64,000 bases of DNA, from contig CBDATA010000001.1 of assembly GCA_965199715.1 (NCBI GenBank), forward strand, positions 1-64,000, read 5' to 3'. Source of the stretch: Vicinamibacteria bacterium. GTDB lineage: Bacteria; Acidobacteriota; Vicinamibacteria; Marinacidobacterales; Marinacidobacteraceae. The notes beneath the pieces were generated by a model that searched no databases, had not been told where the DNA came from, and was given only the letters and a program-made list of their open reading frames with translations. Both the position numbers and the translations under genes were made by a program. This document shows positions 30,133 to 39,486 of this stretch, piece by piece (the first letter of the stretch is position 1; each line of letters opens with the position of its first letter).

Positions 30133-30352
30133 CCCAAAGAGCAAGGACTTCGATTGCGTACAGATGATGCGCGAGATCCGAGACAAGATCAGTCAGGAGA
30201 TAGCCGGAATGAGCCACGAGGAATTCGTGGAGTGGCTCGATTCGTACGAGTACCGGGATCCGGTGCTCGCCTACCACGGGAACAAGTTCAAGGAGATGCG
30301 GGCACGGCGTCGCGCCGCCGAGGCCAAGCGGGCGAGCGCGCCGGCCGATTGA
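30119..30352 (+). CDS. Small putative antitoxin paralog 1
   Basis: TTG start overlapping PIN stop; DFDCVQMMREIRDKISQEIAGMSHEE. Confidence 0.75.
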   Translation: MTTSDPKSKDFDCVQMMREIRDKISQEIAGMSHEEFVEWLDSYEYRDPVLAYHGNKFKEMRARRRAAEAKRASAPAD

Positions 30353-30387
30353 AACTGACCCTTGTTCGAACGGCAAGTTGACTCGAC

Positions 30388-30621
30388 GTGACGAGCACCG
30401 ACCCGAACGAGAGGGACTTCGATTGCGTGCAGATGATGCGCGGGATCCGGGACAGGATCGACCGTGAGATCGCCGGAATGAGCCATGAGGAGTACGCCGA
30501 ATGGCTGGATTCCCACGAGTACGAGGATCCGGTGCTCGCGTATCACGCGGAGAAGTGCAAGGAGAAGCGGGCGGAGCTTCGCGCCGCCGAATCCCGACGG
30601 GCGGGCGCGAAGGCTGATTGA
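30388..30621 (+). CDS. Small putative antitoxin paralog 2
   Basis: DFDCVQMMRGIRDRIDREIAGMSHEE. Confidence 0.75.
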   Translation: MTSTDPNERDFDCVQMMRGIRDRIDREIAGMSHEEYAEWLDSHEYEDPVLAYHAEKCKEKRAELRAAESRRAGAKAD

Positions 30622-30649
30622 TCTGGCCGCAGCCCTAAGGAGATTCGCC

Positions 30650-30880
30650 GTGCCGAGCGCCGATCCGAACAGCGGGTTTGACGGCGTCAAGTTCATGCGG
30701 GCCGTGCGAGCCGAGATCGACCGCGAGACGGAGGGGATGAGCCATGAGGAGTACCTTGATTGGATGGATGCTCAGGAGTACCAAGATCCCGTGCTCGCGC
30801 AATACGCGAAGCTGTTTCGGGAAGATCGAGCGCGACCTCGCGCCGCCGAGGCCAAAGAGGCAAGCGCACCGGCTGACTGA
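30650..30880 (+). CDS. Small putative antitoxin paralog 3
   Basis: AAGGAG RBS + GTG; GFDGVKFMRAVRAEIDRETEGMSHEE. Confidence 0.75.
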   Translation: MPSADPNSGFDGVKFMRAVRAEIDRETEGMSHEEYLDWMDAQEYQDPVLAQYAKLFREDRARPRAAEAKEASAPAD

Positions 30881-30883
30881 GCG

Positions 30884-32092
30884 TCAGGAGCCCCCTCGCA
30901 GCGCCGCCTCGATCCGCCCCAGCGCCTCCCGCAACAGGGGACGCGGGCACGCGATGTTCATGCGCACGAATCCCCTGCCCTCCGAGCCGAAGGCCGCTCC
31001 CTCCTTCAGGCGGACCCGCGCCTCGCGCAGCAGGAACGCCGCCGGCTCCGGCCCGGCACGCCGCACCTCCCGGAAGTCGAGCCACGGGAGGTACGTCGCC
31101 TCGATCGGCGTCGTCCGCACTCCGAGCTCGGGCCGATCCTGAAAGAACCGCTGGACCTCGGCGGCGCTGCCGGTCAGGTATTCGAGCACCTGGTCGAGCC
31201 AGTCGTCGCCCTCGCGCCACGCGGCTTCGGCGGCCGCCGCCGACAGCGGGTTGACCCCGTAGGCGCCGGCGCGGATGCGGGCGCGGCGGAACGCCTTGCG
31301 AATCTCGGGGTCGGGGATGACGAGGCAGGAGATCTTGAGTCCGGCGATGTTGAACGTCTTGCAGGGGCTCGTGACCACGACCGACCGCTCGCGGTCGATG
31401 GCGTCGAGGCTGAGCCACGGGGTGAAGCGGGCCCCGTCCAGCGTCAGGTCGGCGTGGATCTCGTCCGCGACGACGAGCACATCGTTCTCGCGGGCGATCC
31501 GGGCGAAGTCGGCGAGTTCGTCCGGCCTCCAGACGCGGCCCACCGGGTTGTGCGGGCTGCACAGGAACGTCATCCGGTTCTCGGGGCGAGCGGCGAGCCG
31601 GGCGAACGCCTCCAGGTCCAGGCGGTAGGGATTCCCCGGCCCCTCGACTCTGCGCAGCGGGCAGGAGACGAGCCGGGCGCCGCCGTGACGGACCGCGGAG
31701 AAGAACGGGTAGTACACCGGCGAATGCACGATCACGCCGTCGTCGGGCCCGAGCAGCGCCCGGACGAGATGCTGGAGGTCGGGGACGACGCCCTCGCTCG
31801 GCTCCACCCACGCGGGGTCGGGTCCGTATCCGTGGCGCCGGCGGCACCATTCGGCGAAGGCGGGCGCGAACCCGGGCGGCTCAAGGCTGTATCCGAACAC
31901 GGGGCTCCGCATCCGCTCGACGACGGCCCTGGTCACGGCCTCCGGGCAGGCGAAGTCCATGTCCGCGACCCACATCGGGATCACGCCGCGGTCGGTCACG
32001 GGCGCGAAGGCGCCGCCCTCCTCCGAGAAATCCCACTTCACCGACGCGGTGTCCCGGCGCGGGACGGCTTCGTCGAGGGGATGTCCGCTCAC
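30884..32092 (-). CDS. MalY/PatB family PLP enzyme (cystathionine beta-lyase)
   Basis: SVKWD, IPMWVADMDF, CSPHNPVGRVW, DEIHADL, SPCKTFNIAGL. Confidence 0.9.
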   Translation of the reverse strand: MSGHPLDEAVPRRDTASVKWDFSEEGGAFAPVTDRGVIPMWVADMDFACPEAVTRAVVERMRSPVFGYSLEPPGFAPAFAEWCRRRHGYGPDPAWVEPSEGVVPDLQHLVRALLGPDDGVIVHSPVYYPFFSAVRHGGARLVSCPLRRVEGPGNPYRLDLEAFARLAARPENRMTFLCSPHNPVGRVWRPDELADFARIARENDVLVVADEIHADLTLDGARFTPWLSLDAIDRERSVVVTSPCKTFNIAGLKISCLVIPDPEIRKAFRRARIRAGAYGVNPLSAAAAEAAWREGDDWLDQVLEYLTGSAAEVQRFFQDRPELGVRTTPIEATYLPWLDFREVRRAGPEPAAFLLREARVRLKEGAAFGSEGRGFVRMNIACPRPLLREALGRIEAALRGGS

Positions 32093-33231
32093 GGGTAGTA
32101 GAGCCAGATCGGGCCGGGAAAGAGCCACGAGAGGCCGATCCGCAACTGATCGCGCCAGTGCTCCCAGTTGTGGCCGTCCGGCGCCTCCTCGAAGCGCACT
32201 TCCATGCCCGCCTCGCGCAGCAGCGGCGCGAGCAGTCGGTTCTCGTGGATCAGCGGGTCGTAGGCGCCGCAGCTCACGAAGACACGCTCGGCCACCCGCC
32301 TCGGCTCCGCCTGGAAGCGGTTCACGAACTCGACGACCGGGTCCAGGAGGCGCGTGCGCGTTCCCGGAGCCGCGTCGCTGAAGGTGAACGAACCCGACTG
32401 GAGCATCAGCCGCCCGAAGAACTCCGGATGCCGCGCCGCCGTGGTGAGGGCGGCCACCGCGCCGAGTCCGGCGCCGATCAGGCCCCGGTCGGCGGGGCGG
32501 TCCGAGATCGGAAACTCGCGGCCGAGCTCGGGGACGAGCCGCTCCCGCAGGAACTCGGCGTGGTCGGGGTTGTTCGCGTACTCGAGGATGCGCTGGTCGG
32601 GGTCCACGAAGGCGGCGATCAGCGGGGGAATCTCGTGCCGGTGGATGAGGTTGTCGAGGACGGTCCGGAACTCGGCCTTCTCGAGGTAGCGGCTTCCGTC
32701 GTGGACGATCAGCAGCGGATAGCTCCGGGTGTCCTTGAAGCTCGCCGGCAGGTACGCGGCGACCCGCCGCATGGGGCGGCGGCGGGGGCGGACTCCGGTC
32801 TCGACGAGCCGCCCGGCGGGCGCGGCCGGGTCGGCTGCGGTCCAGTCGGGGCGCTCGTAGCCCGCCGCGTGGCAGACCGACTGCTCGCCGAACGGATCCT
32901 CGGCCGTGTGCGGGTTGAGCGGATCGAGGATCCAGTCGGCCTCGACCCCGAGGACGCGCTGGAACCGGTACTCGACCCGGGAGCGGGGCGGCAGGTCCAT
33001 CACGAGATACCAAAGATCGGTGCCGGGAATGCGCTCCATGTCCCGCGACGCCGGCGCGCCGAAGAGCCAGTGGCCGAGCCGCACGAGGTTCGCCCGACCC
33101 CGGTACACGAACGTCGTGTGCGGCCCCTCGCGCAGCGGGAACTCGCTCTCCTCGAGGAACGCGTCCACGTCCTCCGCCGCCGGAGCCGACGCGGCGAGCT
33201 CGTGGATGCGCAGGTCCGGCGGGCCGGTCAC
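32089..33231 (-). CDS. Enterochelin esterase-like alpha/beta hydrolase
   Basis: DPLNP, YLP...YPLLIVHDG, SGSF, DGHNWEHW; nucleophile elbow reads GAGLG rather than GASLG. Confidence 0.8.
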   Translation of the reverse strand: MTGPPDLRIHELAASAPAAEDVDAFLEESEFPLREGPHTTFVYRGRANLVRLGHWLFGAPASRDMERIPGTDLWYLVMDLPPRSRVEYRFQRVLGVEADWILDPLNPHTAEDPFGEQSVCHAAGYERPDWTAADPAAPAGRLVETGVRPRRRPMRRVAAYLPASFKDTRSYPLLIVHDGSRYLEKAEFRTVLDNLIHRHEIPPLIAAFVDPDQRILEYANNPDHAEFLRERLVPELGREFPISDRPADRGLIGAGLGAVAALTTAARHPEFFGRLMLQSGSFTFSDAAPGTRTRLLDPVVEFVNRFQAEPRRVAERVFVSCGAYDPLIHENRLLAPLLREAGMEVRFEEAPDGHNWEHWRDQLRIGLSWLFPGPIWLYYP

Positions 33232-34169
33232 GAAAGCGCCTCCCGCTCCTGGACGCCGCCGTCCTCGTCCAGCGCCCTGACCCCCGACCGCGCGCTCCAG
33301 CGGCTCCCGTCCCAGTCGATCCGGTCGCCCGGGTCGAGCAGGACCGCGACCTCGGGACGCACCCGTCCGGCGAGATCGGCGAGGTGCTCCCGGTCGCGCA
33401 GCGCGAGGCGCGCCCCGGCGTCCGGGAAGAACGCCACTCCCGGGAAGAGGCCGAGGCCGTCGCCGAGGATCTCCGGCCGCGCCGATCCCCACGGGAGCCG
33501 GTCGTGGAACAGGACGACCCGGCGGGTCAGCGCCATCGCGCCGGCCGACCACGCCACAATCGGCTTCCGCGCGAGCGCCTCGCCCAGATCGAGCAGCAGC
33601 AGGCGGTTGCGGATCATGGCCACGTGGCCCCCGGTGATCACGACCGCGGCCGCCCGATCGAGAATCTCGAGCGCCTGCTCGCGCTCGGTCTCGAGCGCCG
33701 GGCGCCGCCTCGGTCGGACGCGCCGGCGGAACTCGTCCCAGAAGCTGCGCTGCGACTTGAGGTGGAAGTCGTCGGTCTGGAGCAGCGCCGCCCACGCCTC
33801 GCGCTCGTAGGGGACGCGGTATCGATCAGGGGCCGGCGCCCGGCCGACCGCGTGCGAAGCCTCGACCGCCTGCCGCAGCCGCAGTCCGTAGAGCGCCTCC
33901 TCGGCCCGCACCGCCCGCTGCAGTTCGGCGTGGGCTTCGGCGAGCTCCGGGTCCGCCTCGAAGGCGCGGCGGACGCGCTCGCCGAGGCTCAGCGGCTCCA
34001 ACTCCCACCCGGGAAGCTCGCGCAGCCCGGACGCTTCGAGGTCCGACTCGCGCCAGCCCACGCTGAGCATGGCCACCGGCCCCGGACCCGGCTCGAGCGA
34101 TGCGAGCACCGGGCCGAGAACTTCCGGACCCGGCCCGGGGCCGAGCACCGCCGCCCGCTCCGGGATCAG
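33228..34169 (-). CDS. Type 1 glutamine amidotransferase-like / peptidase S51-like protein
   Basis: VITGGHV...AWSAGAMAL...GLGL; start approximate. Confidence 0.7.
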   Translation of the reverse strand: MIPERAAVLGPGPGPEVLGPVLASLEPGPGPVAMLSVGWRESDLEASGLRELPGWELEPLSLGERVRRAFEADPELAEAHAELQRAVRAEEALYGLRLRQAVEASHAVGRAPAPDRYRVPYEREAWAALLQTDDFHLKSQRSFWDEFRRRVRPRRRPALETEREQALEILDRAAAVVITGGHVAMIRNRLLLLDLGEALARKPIVAWSAGAMALTRRVVLFHDRLPWGSARPEILGDGLGLFPGVAFFPDAGARLALRDREHLADLAGRVRPEVAVLLDPGDRIDWDGSRWSARSGVRALDEDGGVQEREALS

Positions 34170-35008
34170 GATTCCCCCCAGCGGACCGTGAGCGACGCGA
34201 GCAGGATCAGGTCGAGCCGGCCCCTCCGGGTCGGCACGGCGCCTGCGGCCGGCGCGCCGACCGCGGGAGCGAGCGGCACGAGCACGAGCGAAGGGCGCGA
34301 GTCCCAGAGCGCCTGCAGGCTCGGCTGGAACGCGAGGAACTCGCTGATCGGCACCCCGGCCGAAGCGACCGCGTCGAGGCGCAGATCGTCGCGGTTGCGG
34401 AGGTTCCAGACGCCGCTCGAGACCACCGAGACGTCCAGGCTCCCGATCGTGCGGGCGGAGCGAGCGTCGAAGCGGACCCCGAGGGTCGTTCCCGCGGTTT
34501 CGGGATCGCTGATCTCGTCGCGCTGGCCGACGAGCGCGAGGCCGCCGCCGACGTAGTGCGGGCGGTCGTCGTCGTCCGAAGCCTGGCCGAACGCGGCGCC
34601 GAGGCCGGCGGCCAGTTCGAGCCGGGCGGCGACTCCGGCGGGGGCGTCGCGCTCCCATCCGAGGCTGCCGAACCACGAAGGCCGCGGGGCGTCCGAGCTC
34701 TCGGCGCTCGACACGCGGGCGCGGGCCCAGGTCCGATCCGCCTGCACCTCGCGGGTCACGGTGCGGACGATCTCGAAGTCGTCGGGAACCCCGATCGCCT
34801 CGCGGCGGACCGAGTCCGCGCTCGACCGGAGCGCCCCGGCGTCCACCGAGGCCAGCCAGCCGGAGAAGGAACGGCTGGTCTCCAGCCGCACCCCGAGCGA
34901 GCCCGCCGACGAGTTCCCGGACGAGTTCACGAGGCTGGCGCCCGCCTGCCCGGCCCACTGCGCCTGTGCGAACGCGGGGACCAGAAGGGCCAAAACGAGG
35001 AATTTCAC
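34166..35008 (-). CDS. DUF481-like outer-membrane beta-barrel protein
   Basis: Signal peptide, W.G....S....SGNS motif, amphipathic strands ending LTVRW. Confidence 0.65.
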   Translation of the reverse strand: MKFLVLALLVPAFAQAQWAGQAGASLVNSSGNSSAGSLGVRLETSRSFSGWLASVDAGALRSSADSVRREAIGVPDDFEIVRTVTREVQADRTWARARVSSAESSDAPRPSWFGSLGWERDAPAGVAARLELAAGLGAAFGQASDDDDRPHYVGGGLALVGQRDEISDPETAGTTLGVRFDARSARTIGSLDVSVVSSGVWNLRNRDDLRLDAVASAGVPISEFLAFQPSLQALWDSRPSLVLVPLAPAVGAPAAGAVPTRRGRLDLILLASLTVRWGES

Positions 35009-35031
35009 GCGGCGGCGACTAGATTAGTGCC

Positions 35032-37353
35032 GTGCGCCGCCTCGTCGTGCTCGGAGCCGCTCTCGTCGCCCTCGTCGTGGGCGCCGGCGGGATCTTCGTG
35101 CGCGGGCGGCTCGTCGCGAGCCTGCCGATCCTCGACGGCGAGCGCGCGCTGCCGGGTCTCGACGCACCGGTCGAGGTCGAGCGCGACGCTCTCGGCGTCC
35201 CCCGGATCCGCGCCGCCTCGCACCGGGACGCGATGCGGGCGCTCGGCTTCGTCCACGCGCAGGAGCGGTACTTCGCCATGGACCTGCTGCGGCGGCAGCC
35301 GGCCGGCGAACTCGCGGCGCTCTTCGGGGCCGACGCGCTCCCGCTGGACCGGGAGTCCAGGATCCACCGGATGTGGTCCCGCGCCCGGAAGGCGGTCGCC
35401 GCGCTCGCGCCGGAGGACCGCGCGATTCTCGAGGCGTACCGGGACGGCGTCCGCGCCGGTCTCGGAGCGCTGGACGCGCCGCCGCCCGAGTACCTGCTCC
35501 TCGGTCAGGCTCCGGCGCCGTGGGAGCTCGAGGACTCGATCCTCGCGGTGACGGCGATGTACTTCGTGCTGAATGACTTCTCCGGCCTGCGGGACGCCCG
35601 GATCGAGGCGCTCGACCGGAACCTGCCGCCGGAGCTCGTCGCCTTCCTCCATCCGCTCGGGACCGAGTTCGACGCGCCGCTGGCCGGGGCGGCGCTGCCC
35701 ACGCCCGAGATCCCCGGTCCGGAAGCGTTCTCCGCCAACGAGCCGGCGGGGCCGATCGCCGAACCGGCGCCGATCTCGGGGAGCAACAACTGGGCGGTGG
35801 CGCCGCACCGGACGGCCGCGGGCGCCGCGCTCTTCGCGAACGACATGCATCTCGGCCACGCGGTTCCGAACCGCTGGTTCCGCGCGGAGATCCACGTCGG
35901 GGACCGGCGCGCCGTCGGGGTCACCCTGCCCGGCGTGCCGGCGCTCGTGGCTGGGAGCAACGGCTCGGTGGCGTGGGGATTCACGAATTCCAGCGGCGAC
36001 TGGACCGACCTCGTGGACGTCGAGCCGGTCCCCGGCGATCCGGGGCGCTACCGGACCCCCGACGGTCCGCTTCCGTTCGAGACGTTCGAGGAGGCGATCG
36101 AGGTCGCGGGAGGCGCGACCGAGATTCTGGAGGTCCGGGAGACCATCTGGGGGCCGGTGATCCACCGTTCCGGCCGCCCGCAGTCGATCCGCTGGATCGC
36201 GCACGATCCCGAGGGCCTTCGCGGCGGCTACCTGAACCTGCTCTTCGCCGACACCGTGGAAGAAGCGTTCCAGGGCGCCCGGCGCAGCGGCGTCCCGCCG
36301 CAGAACTTCGTCGCCGTGGATCGGGCGGGATCCATCGGATGGACCATCGCCGGGGCGATCCCGCGGCGGCGCGGCCACGACGGTCGCTTGCCTGGGTCAT
36401 GGGCTTCGGGCGAACGGGGATGGGACGGATACCTCGCACCCGACGAGATTCCGGAGCTTCGGGATCCCCCCGACGGGCTTATCTGGACCGCGAACAACCG
36501 CGTGGTCGAAGGTGACGCGCTCAAGCGGATCGGGGTCTCCGGCCACTACGCCCATGGGGGGCGCGCGCGGCAGATCCGGGATCGGCTGCGGGATCTGGAA
36601 GCCGCGTCCGAGGAGTCGATGCTGGACGTCCAGTTGGACGACCGGGCCATCGAGCTCACCGAATGGCGCGAGCTCTTCCTCGAAGCCGGCGGACCCCCGG
36701 AAGCCGTCGCGCTGCTCCGCGACTCGTGGACCGGGCGGGCGTCGGTGGACTCCGTCGGCTATCGGCTCGCGCGGACCGCCCGTCTTGCGCTTTTCGAGCG
36801 GACCTACGGGGAGCTCACCGCCCCCGCGAGCCGCGCGTTCCCCGACTTCGAGCCGAGCGTCTCCACCCAGTGGGCCGGTCCGCTGCTGAAGCTGGCGCGG
36901 GAGCGGCCCGCGCACTGGCGGCCGGCGGGCGCCCGGGACTGGACCGAGGCGCTTTCGGACGCGCTCGCCTCGGCGGCGAAATCGATGGCGGCGGACGGCC
37001 CGCTCCGCGAAGCCACGTGGGGCCGGCGCAACCGGGTGCACGTCCGCCACCCGATGAGCCCGGCCCTGCCCTCGTTCCTCCAGCGCTTCCTCGACGCCCC
37101 GCCGCGGCCGATTCCCGGGGACACGGGCCTCCCCCGGGCCGAAGCCGTCTCCCACGGGGCGTCGGAGCGGCTCGTCGTGTCCCCGGGGCGGGAGGAAAGC
37201 GGGATCTTCCACATGCCCGGCGGCCAGGCGGGGCACCCGCTCGCTCCCTACTACCTCGCCGGGCACGACGACTGGGAGGAGGGCCGCCCGACCCCGCTGC
37301 TGGCCGGCCCGCCGGTCTGGACGCTCCGGCTCAGGCCAGATACGGGATCGTGA
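35032..37353 (+). CDS. Penicillin acylase family (S45 Ntn hydrolase)
   Basis: RDALGVPRI, LGFVHAQER, GSNNWAV, ANDMHL, TANNR. Confidence 0.92.
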   Translation: MRRLVVLGAALVALVVGAGGIFVRGRLVASLPILDGERALPGLDAPVEVERDALGVPRIRAASHRDAMRALGFVHAQERYFAMDLLRRQPAGELAALFGADALPLDRESRIHRMWSRARKAVAALAPEDRAILEAYRDGVRAGLGALDAPPPEYLLLGQAPAPWELEDSILAVTAMYFVLNDFSGLRDARIEALDRNLPPELVAFLHPLGTEFDAPLAGAALPTPEIPGPEAFSANEPAGPIAEPAPISGSNNWAVAPHRTAAGAALFANDMHLGHAVPNRWFRAEIHVGDRRAVGVTLPGVPALVAGSNGSVAWGFTNSSGDWTDLVDVEPVPGDPGRYRTPDGPLPFETFEEAIEVAGGATEILEVRETIWGPVIHRSGRPQSIRWIAHDPEGLRGGYLNLLFADTVEEAFQGARRSGVPPQNFVAVDRAGSIGWTIAGAIPRRRGHDGRLPGSWASGERGWDGYLAPDEIPELRDPPDGLIWTANNRVVEGDALKRIGVSGHYAHGGRARQIRDRLRDLEAASEESMLDVQLDDRAIELTEWRELFLEAGGPPEAVALLRDSWTGRASVDSVGYRLARTARLALFERTYGELTAPASRAFPDFEPSVSTQWAGPLLKLARERPAHWRPAGARDWTEALSDALASAAKSMAADGPLREATWGRRNRVHVRHPMSPALPSFLQRFLDAPPRPIPGDTGLPRAEAVSHGASERLVVSPGREESGIFHMPGGQAGHPLAPYYLAGHDDWEEGRPTPLLAGPPVWTLRLRPDTGS

Positions 37354-38596
37354 TCGGGCCGTGCGGCAGCACGGCGAGCCGCGCCCGCGGTCCGGCGTCC
37401 CGGAGCGCCTCGCGGGCGGCCTCCTCGAGGTCGGAGACCGGCTCGAGATGGGCGGCGCGCACCGACGCCTCCGGCAGCGACGAGAAGAGCCCGACGCGCG
37501 CCTTCTCGAGAATCCGGCAGTGGACCTGCACCTGCCAGTCGTCCGGGCGGCGCTCGGGCGCGCGGCGCAGCGTCTCCCGCACCTCGCCGATGGAGCCCCC
37601 GGCGCGAAGCGCGCGGGCGTAGGCCCCCTCGTCGGGGAGGCCGGAACGGCACTCGGCGGCGCAGAGGATGAGGCCGCCCGGCTTCACGATGAGCGACGCC
37701 GCGGTCATGCCCTTGATGGCCTGATAGAGGTTCTGGTCGAGCGGCCAGCCCGAGTTCGTCGTGACCACCACGTCGAACGGCTCGTCGAGCGCGCGCATCG
37801 CCTCCGCGCGGGAGCGCTCGCGGGCCGCGCGGTGCTCCTCCATGAGGTCGCCTCCGAACGCCCCGGTGATCCGCTTCTCGCCGTCGAGCAGCACGTCGAG
37901 CGCGAAGTCCACCCGGTTCGCCCGCGCGATGGCGCGGACCGCGTCGTGGACAGGATTGCCCTCGACGATCCCGAAAGTCGCGTCGGGATGGCCGATCCGG
38001 TCGTCGTCGTGAAGGTGGAGGATCGTCTCGAGGCTCGCGAGGCCGGGGGCCACCATCTTGGGCCCGCCGGAGAAACCGGCGAAGAAGTGCGGCTCCACAA
38101 ATCCGGTGGTGATCCGAAAGTCCGCCTCCACGAACCGCCGGTGGAGCTCCACCGGGACGCCCGTCCCGCCGTCGGGCGCCCGGACGAGCGAGGCGCGGTC
38201 CCGGCAGTCGTGGCCCAGCACTTCGGTCGCCGCGAAGATCTCGGAACCGACGAGCTCCCGGCGCTGGGCCGCTCCCGGGTTCCGATGGGTGCCGGTCGCG
38301 ACGAGCACCACGACGCGCTCCGGCGGCGTGGGCAACTCCTCGAGCAGCGCCCGCAGCATGGCCTCCCGGGGCTGGGGGCGGGTTCCGTCGCAGATCGCGA
38401 CCGCGACCGTCGCGCCGGCCCGGATCCGTTCGCGCAGCGGCGGTCCCGCCGGCGGACGGCGCAGGACCCCGGCGAGCGCGTCCGAAACGGACGCGACCGG
38501 CGCGCCGAAGCGCGGGCGCACCACCTCGACCGCGCCGGCCCCCTCCGGAACCCGGAACGGAAGGCCGGTCGCGCCGTAATCGAGTCGAACCCGCAT
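37331..38596 (-). CDS. larA: Nickel-dependent lactate racemase (LarA) family protein
   Basis: D.TRP.P, ATGTHR, VEPHFFAGFSGGPK, PLDQNLYQAIKG. Confidence 0.88.
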   Translation of the reverse strand: MRVRLDYGATGLPFRVPEGAGAVEVVRPRFGAPVASVSDALAGVLRRPPAGPPLRERIRAGATVAVAICDGTRPQPREAMLRALLEELPTPPERVVVLVATGTHRNPGAAQRRELVGSEIFAATEVLGHDCRDRASLVRAPDGGTGVPVELHRRFVEADFRITTGFVEPHFFAGFSGGPKMVAPGLASLETILHLHDDDRIGHPDATFGIVEGNPVHDAVRAIARANRVDFALDVLLDGEKRITGAFGGDLMEEHRAARERSRAEAMRALDEPFDVVVTTNSGWPLDQNLYQAIKGMTAASLIVKPGGLILCAAECRSGLPDEGAYARALRAGGSIGEVRETLRRAPERRPDDWQVQVHCRILEKARVGLFSSLPEASVRAAHLEPVSDLEEAAREALRDAGPRARLAVLPHGPITIPYLA

Positions 38597-38617
38597 GGCG
38601 GCTATTCTCCGGCGCCC

Positions 38618-39433
38618 ATGCGTCTGTATCGCCACCGCGACGGCCGGAACGCGGTTTCGGCGGCGCTGCTGGGAGACCGACTCGTCCCTCTCAGCCGGAT
38701 CGCTCCCGAGTTCCCGGACTCGGCGTCGGCGATCCTCGGGCTCGACCGTCTCGAAGCGGCGACCGCCGACATCCGTCCGGACGGCCCCCGGGTCGAGGAC
38801 GTGGAGCTGCTGACGCCGCTCCCCGATCCGCCGAAGATCTGGTGCGTCGGCCTGAACTATCGGGCGCACGCCCGCGACCTCGACGCTCCGCCGCCGACGG
38901 CCCCGGTGGGGTTCATGCGCCCGAGCCAGAGCCTCGTCGGCCCCGGCGCGGCGGTGCAGCTCCCGAGGGATTCGCGCCGGGTGACGGGCGAGGGCGAGCT
39001 GGCGCTGGTGCTCGGGCGCACGGGGCGGGACTTCGGGCCGGCCGAGGCGCGCTCGGCGGTGATCGCGTGGACGCTCGCGGTGGATATGACGGCGGAGGAC
39101 ATTCTGCGGGAGAACCCACGCTTCCTGACCCGCGCGAAGAGCTATGACACCTTCCTCAGCCTTGGCCCCTGCCTCGTGACCGGAAATGGCCTCCCGCCGC
39201 CCGAGCTTGAAATCTCGACGCTCAAGAACGGCGAGGCGGTCCGGACCGCGCCGGTTTCCGAAATGAGCTTCCCTCCCGACTTCCTGCTGGAGTTCTTCTC
39301 CCGCGACATGACCTGGCGCGCCGGCGACGTGCTGCTGACCGGCACTCCGGGCGCGGTTCCGATCGAGGACGGCGACGTCGTCGGGGCGCGGGCGGCCGGG
39401 GTCGGGACGCTCGAGAACCCGGTGCGCCGCTGA
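38618..39433 (+). CDS. Fumarylacetoacetate hydrolase family protein
   Basis: KIWCVGLNYRAH, EGELA, RAKSYDTF..LGP, GDVLLTGTPG. Confidence 0.9.
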   Translation: MRLYRHRDGRNAVSAALLGDRLVPLSRIAPEFPDSASAILGLDRLEAATADIRPDGPRVEDVELLTPLPDPPKIWCVGLNYRAHARDLDAPPPTAPVGFMRPSQSLVGPGAAVQLPRDSRRVTGEGELALVLGRTGRDFGPAEARSAVIAWTLAVDMTAEDILRENPRFLTRAKSYDTFLSLGPCLVTGNGLPPPELEISTLKNGEAVRTAPVSEMSFPPDFLLEFFSRDMTWRAGDVLLTGTPGAVPIEDGDVVGARAAGVGTLENPVRR

Positions 39434-39486
39434 CCGCCCTGGAACTGCGCGCCCCGGTCGGCCCGCCGCTGCGGACGAGGGAGTTC

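Noticed and set aside
30119-30880. Possible CRISPR or non-coding tandem array
   Set aside because: Units are ~230-bp diverged protein-coding paralogs, not short repeats with spacers; no cas genes. No CRISPR array was seen in the window.
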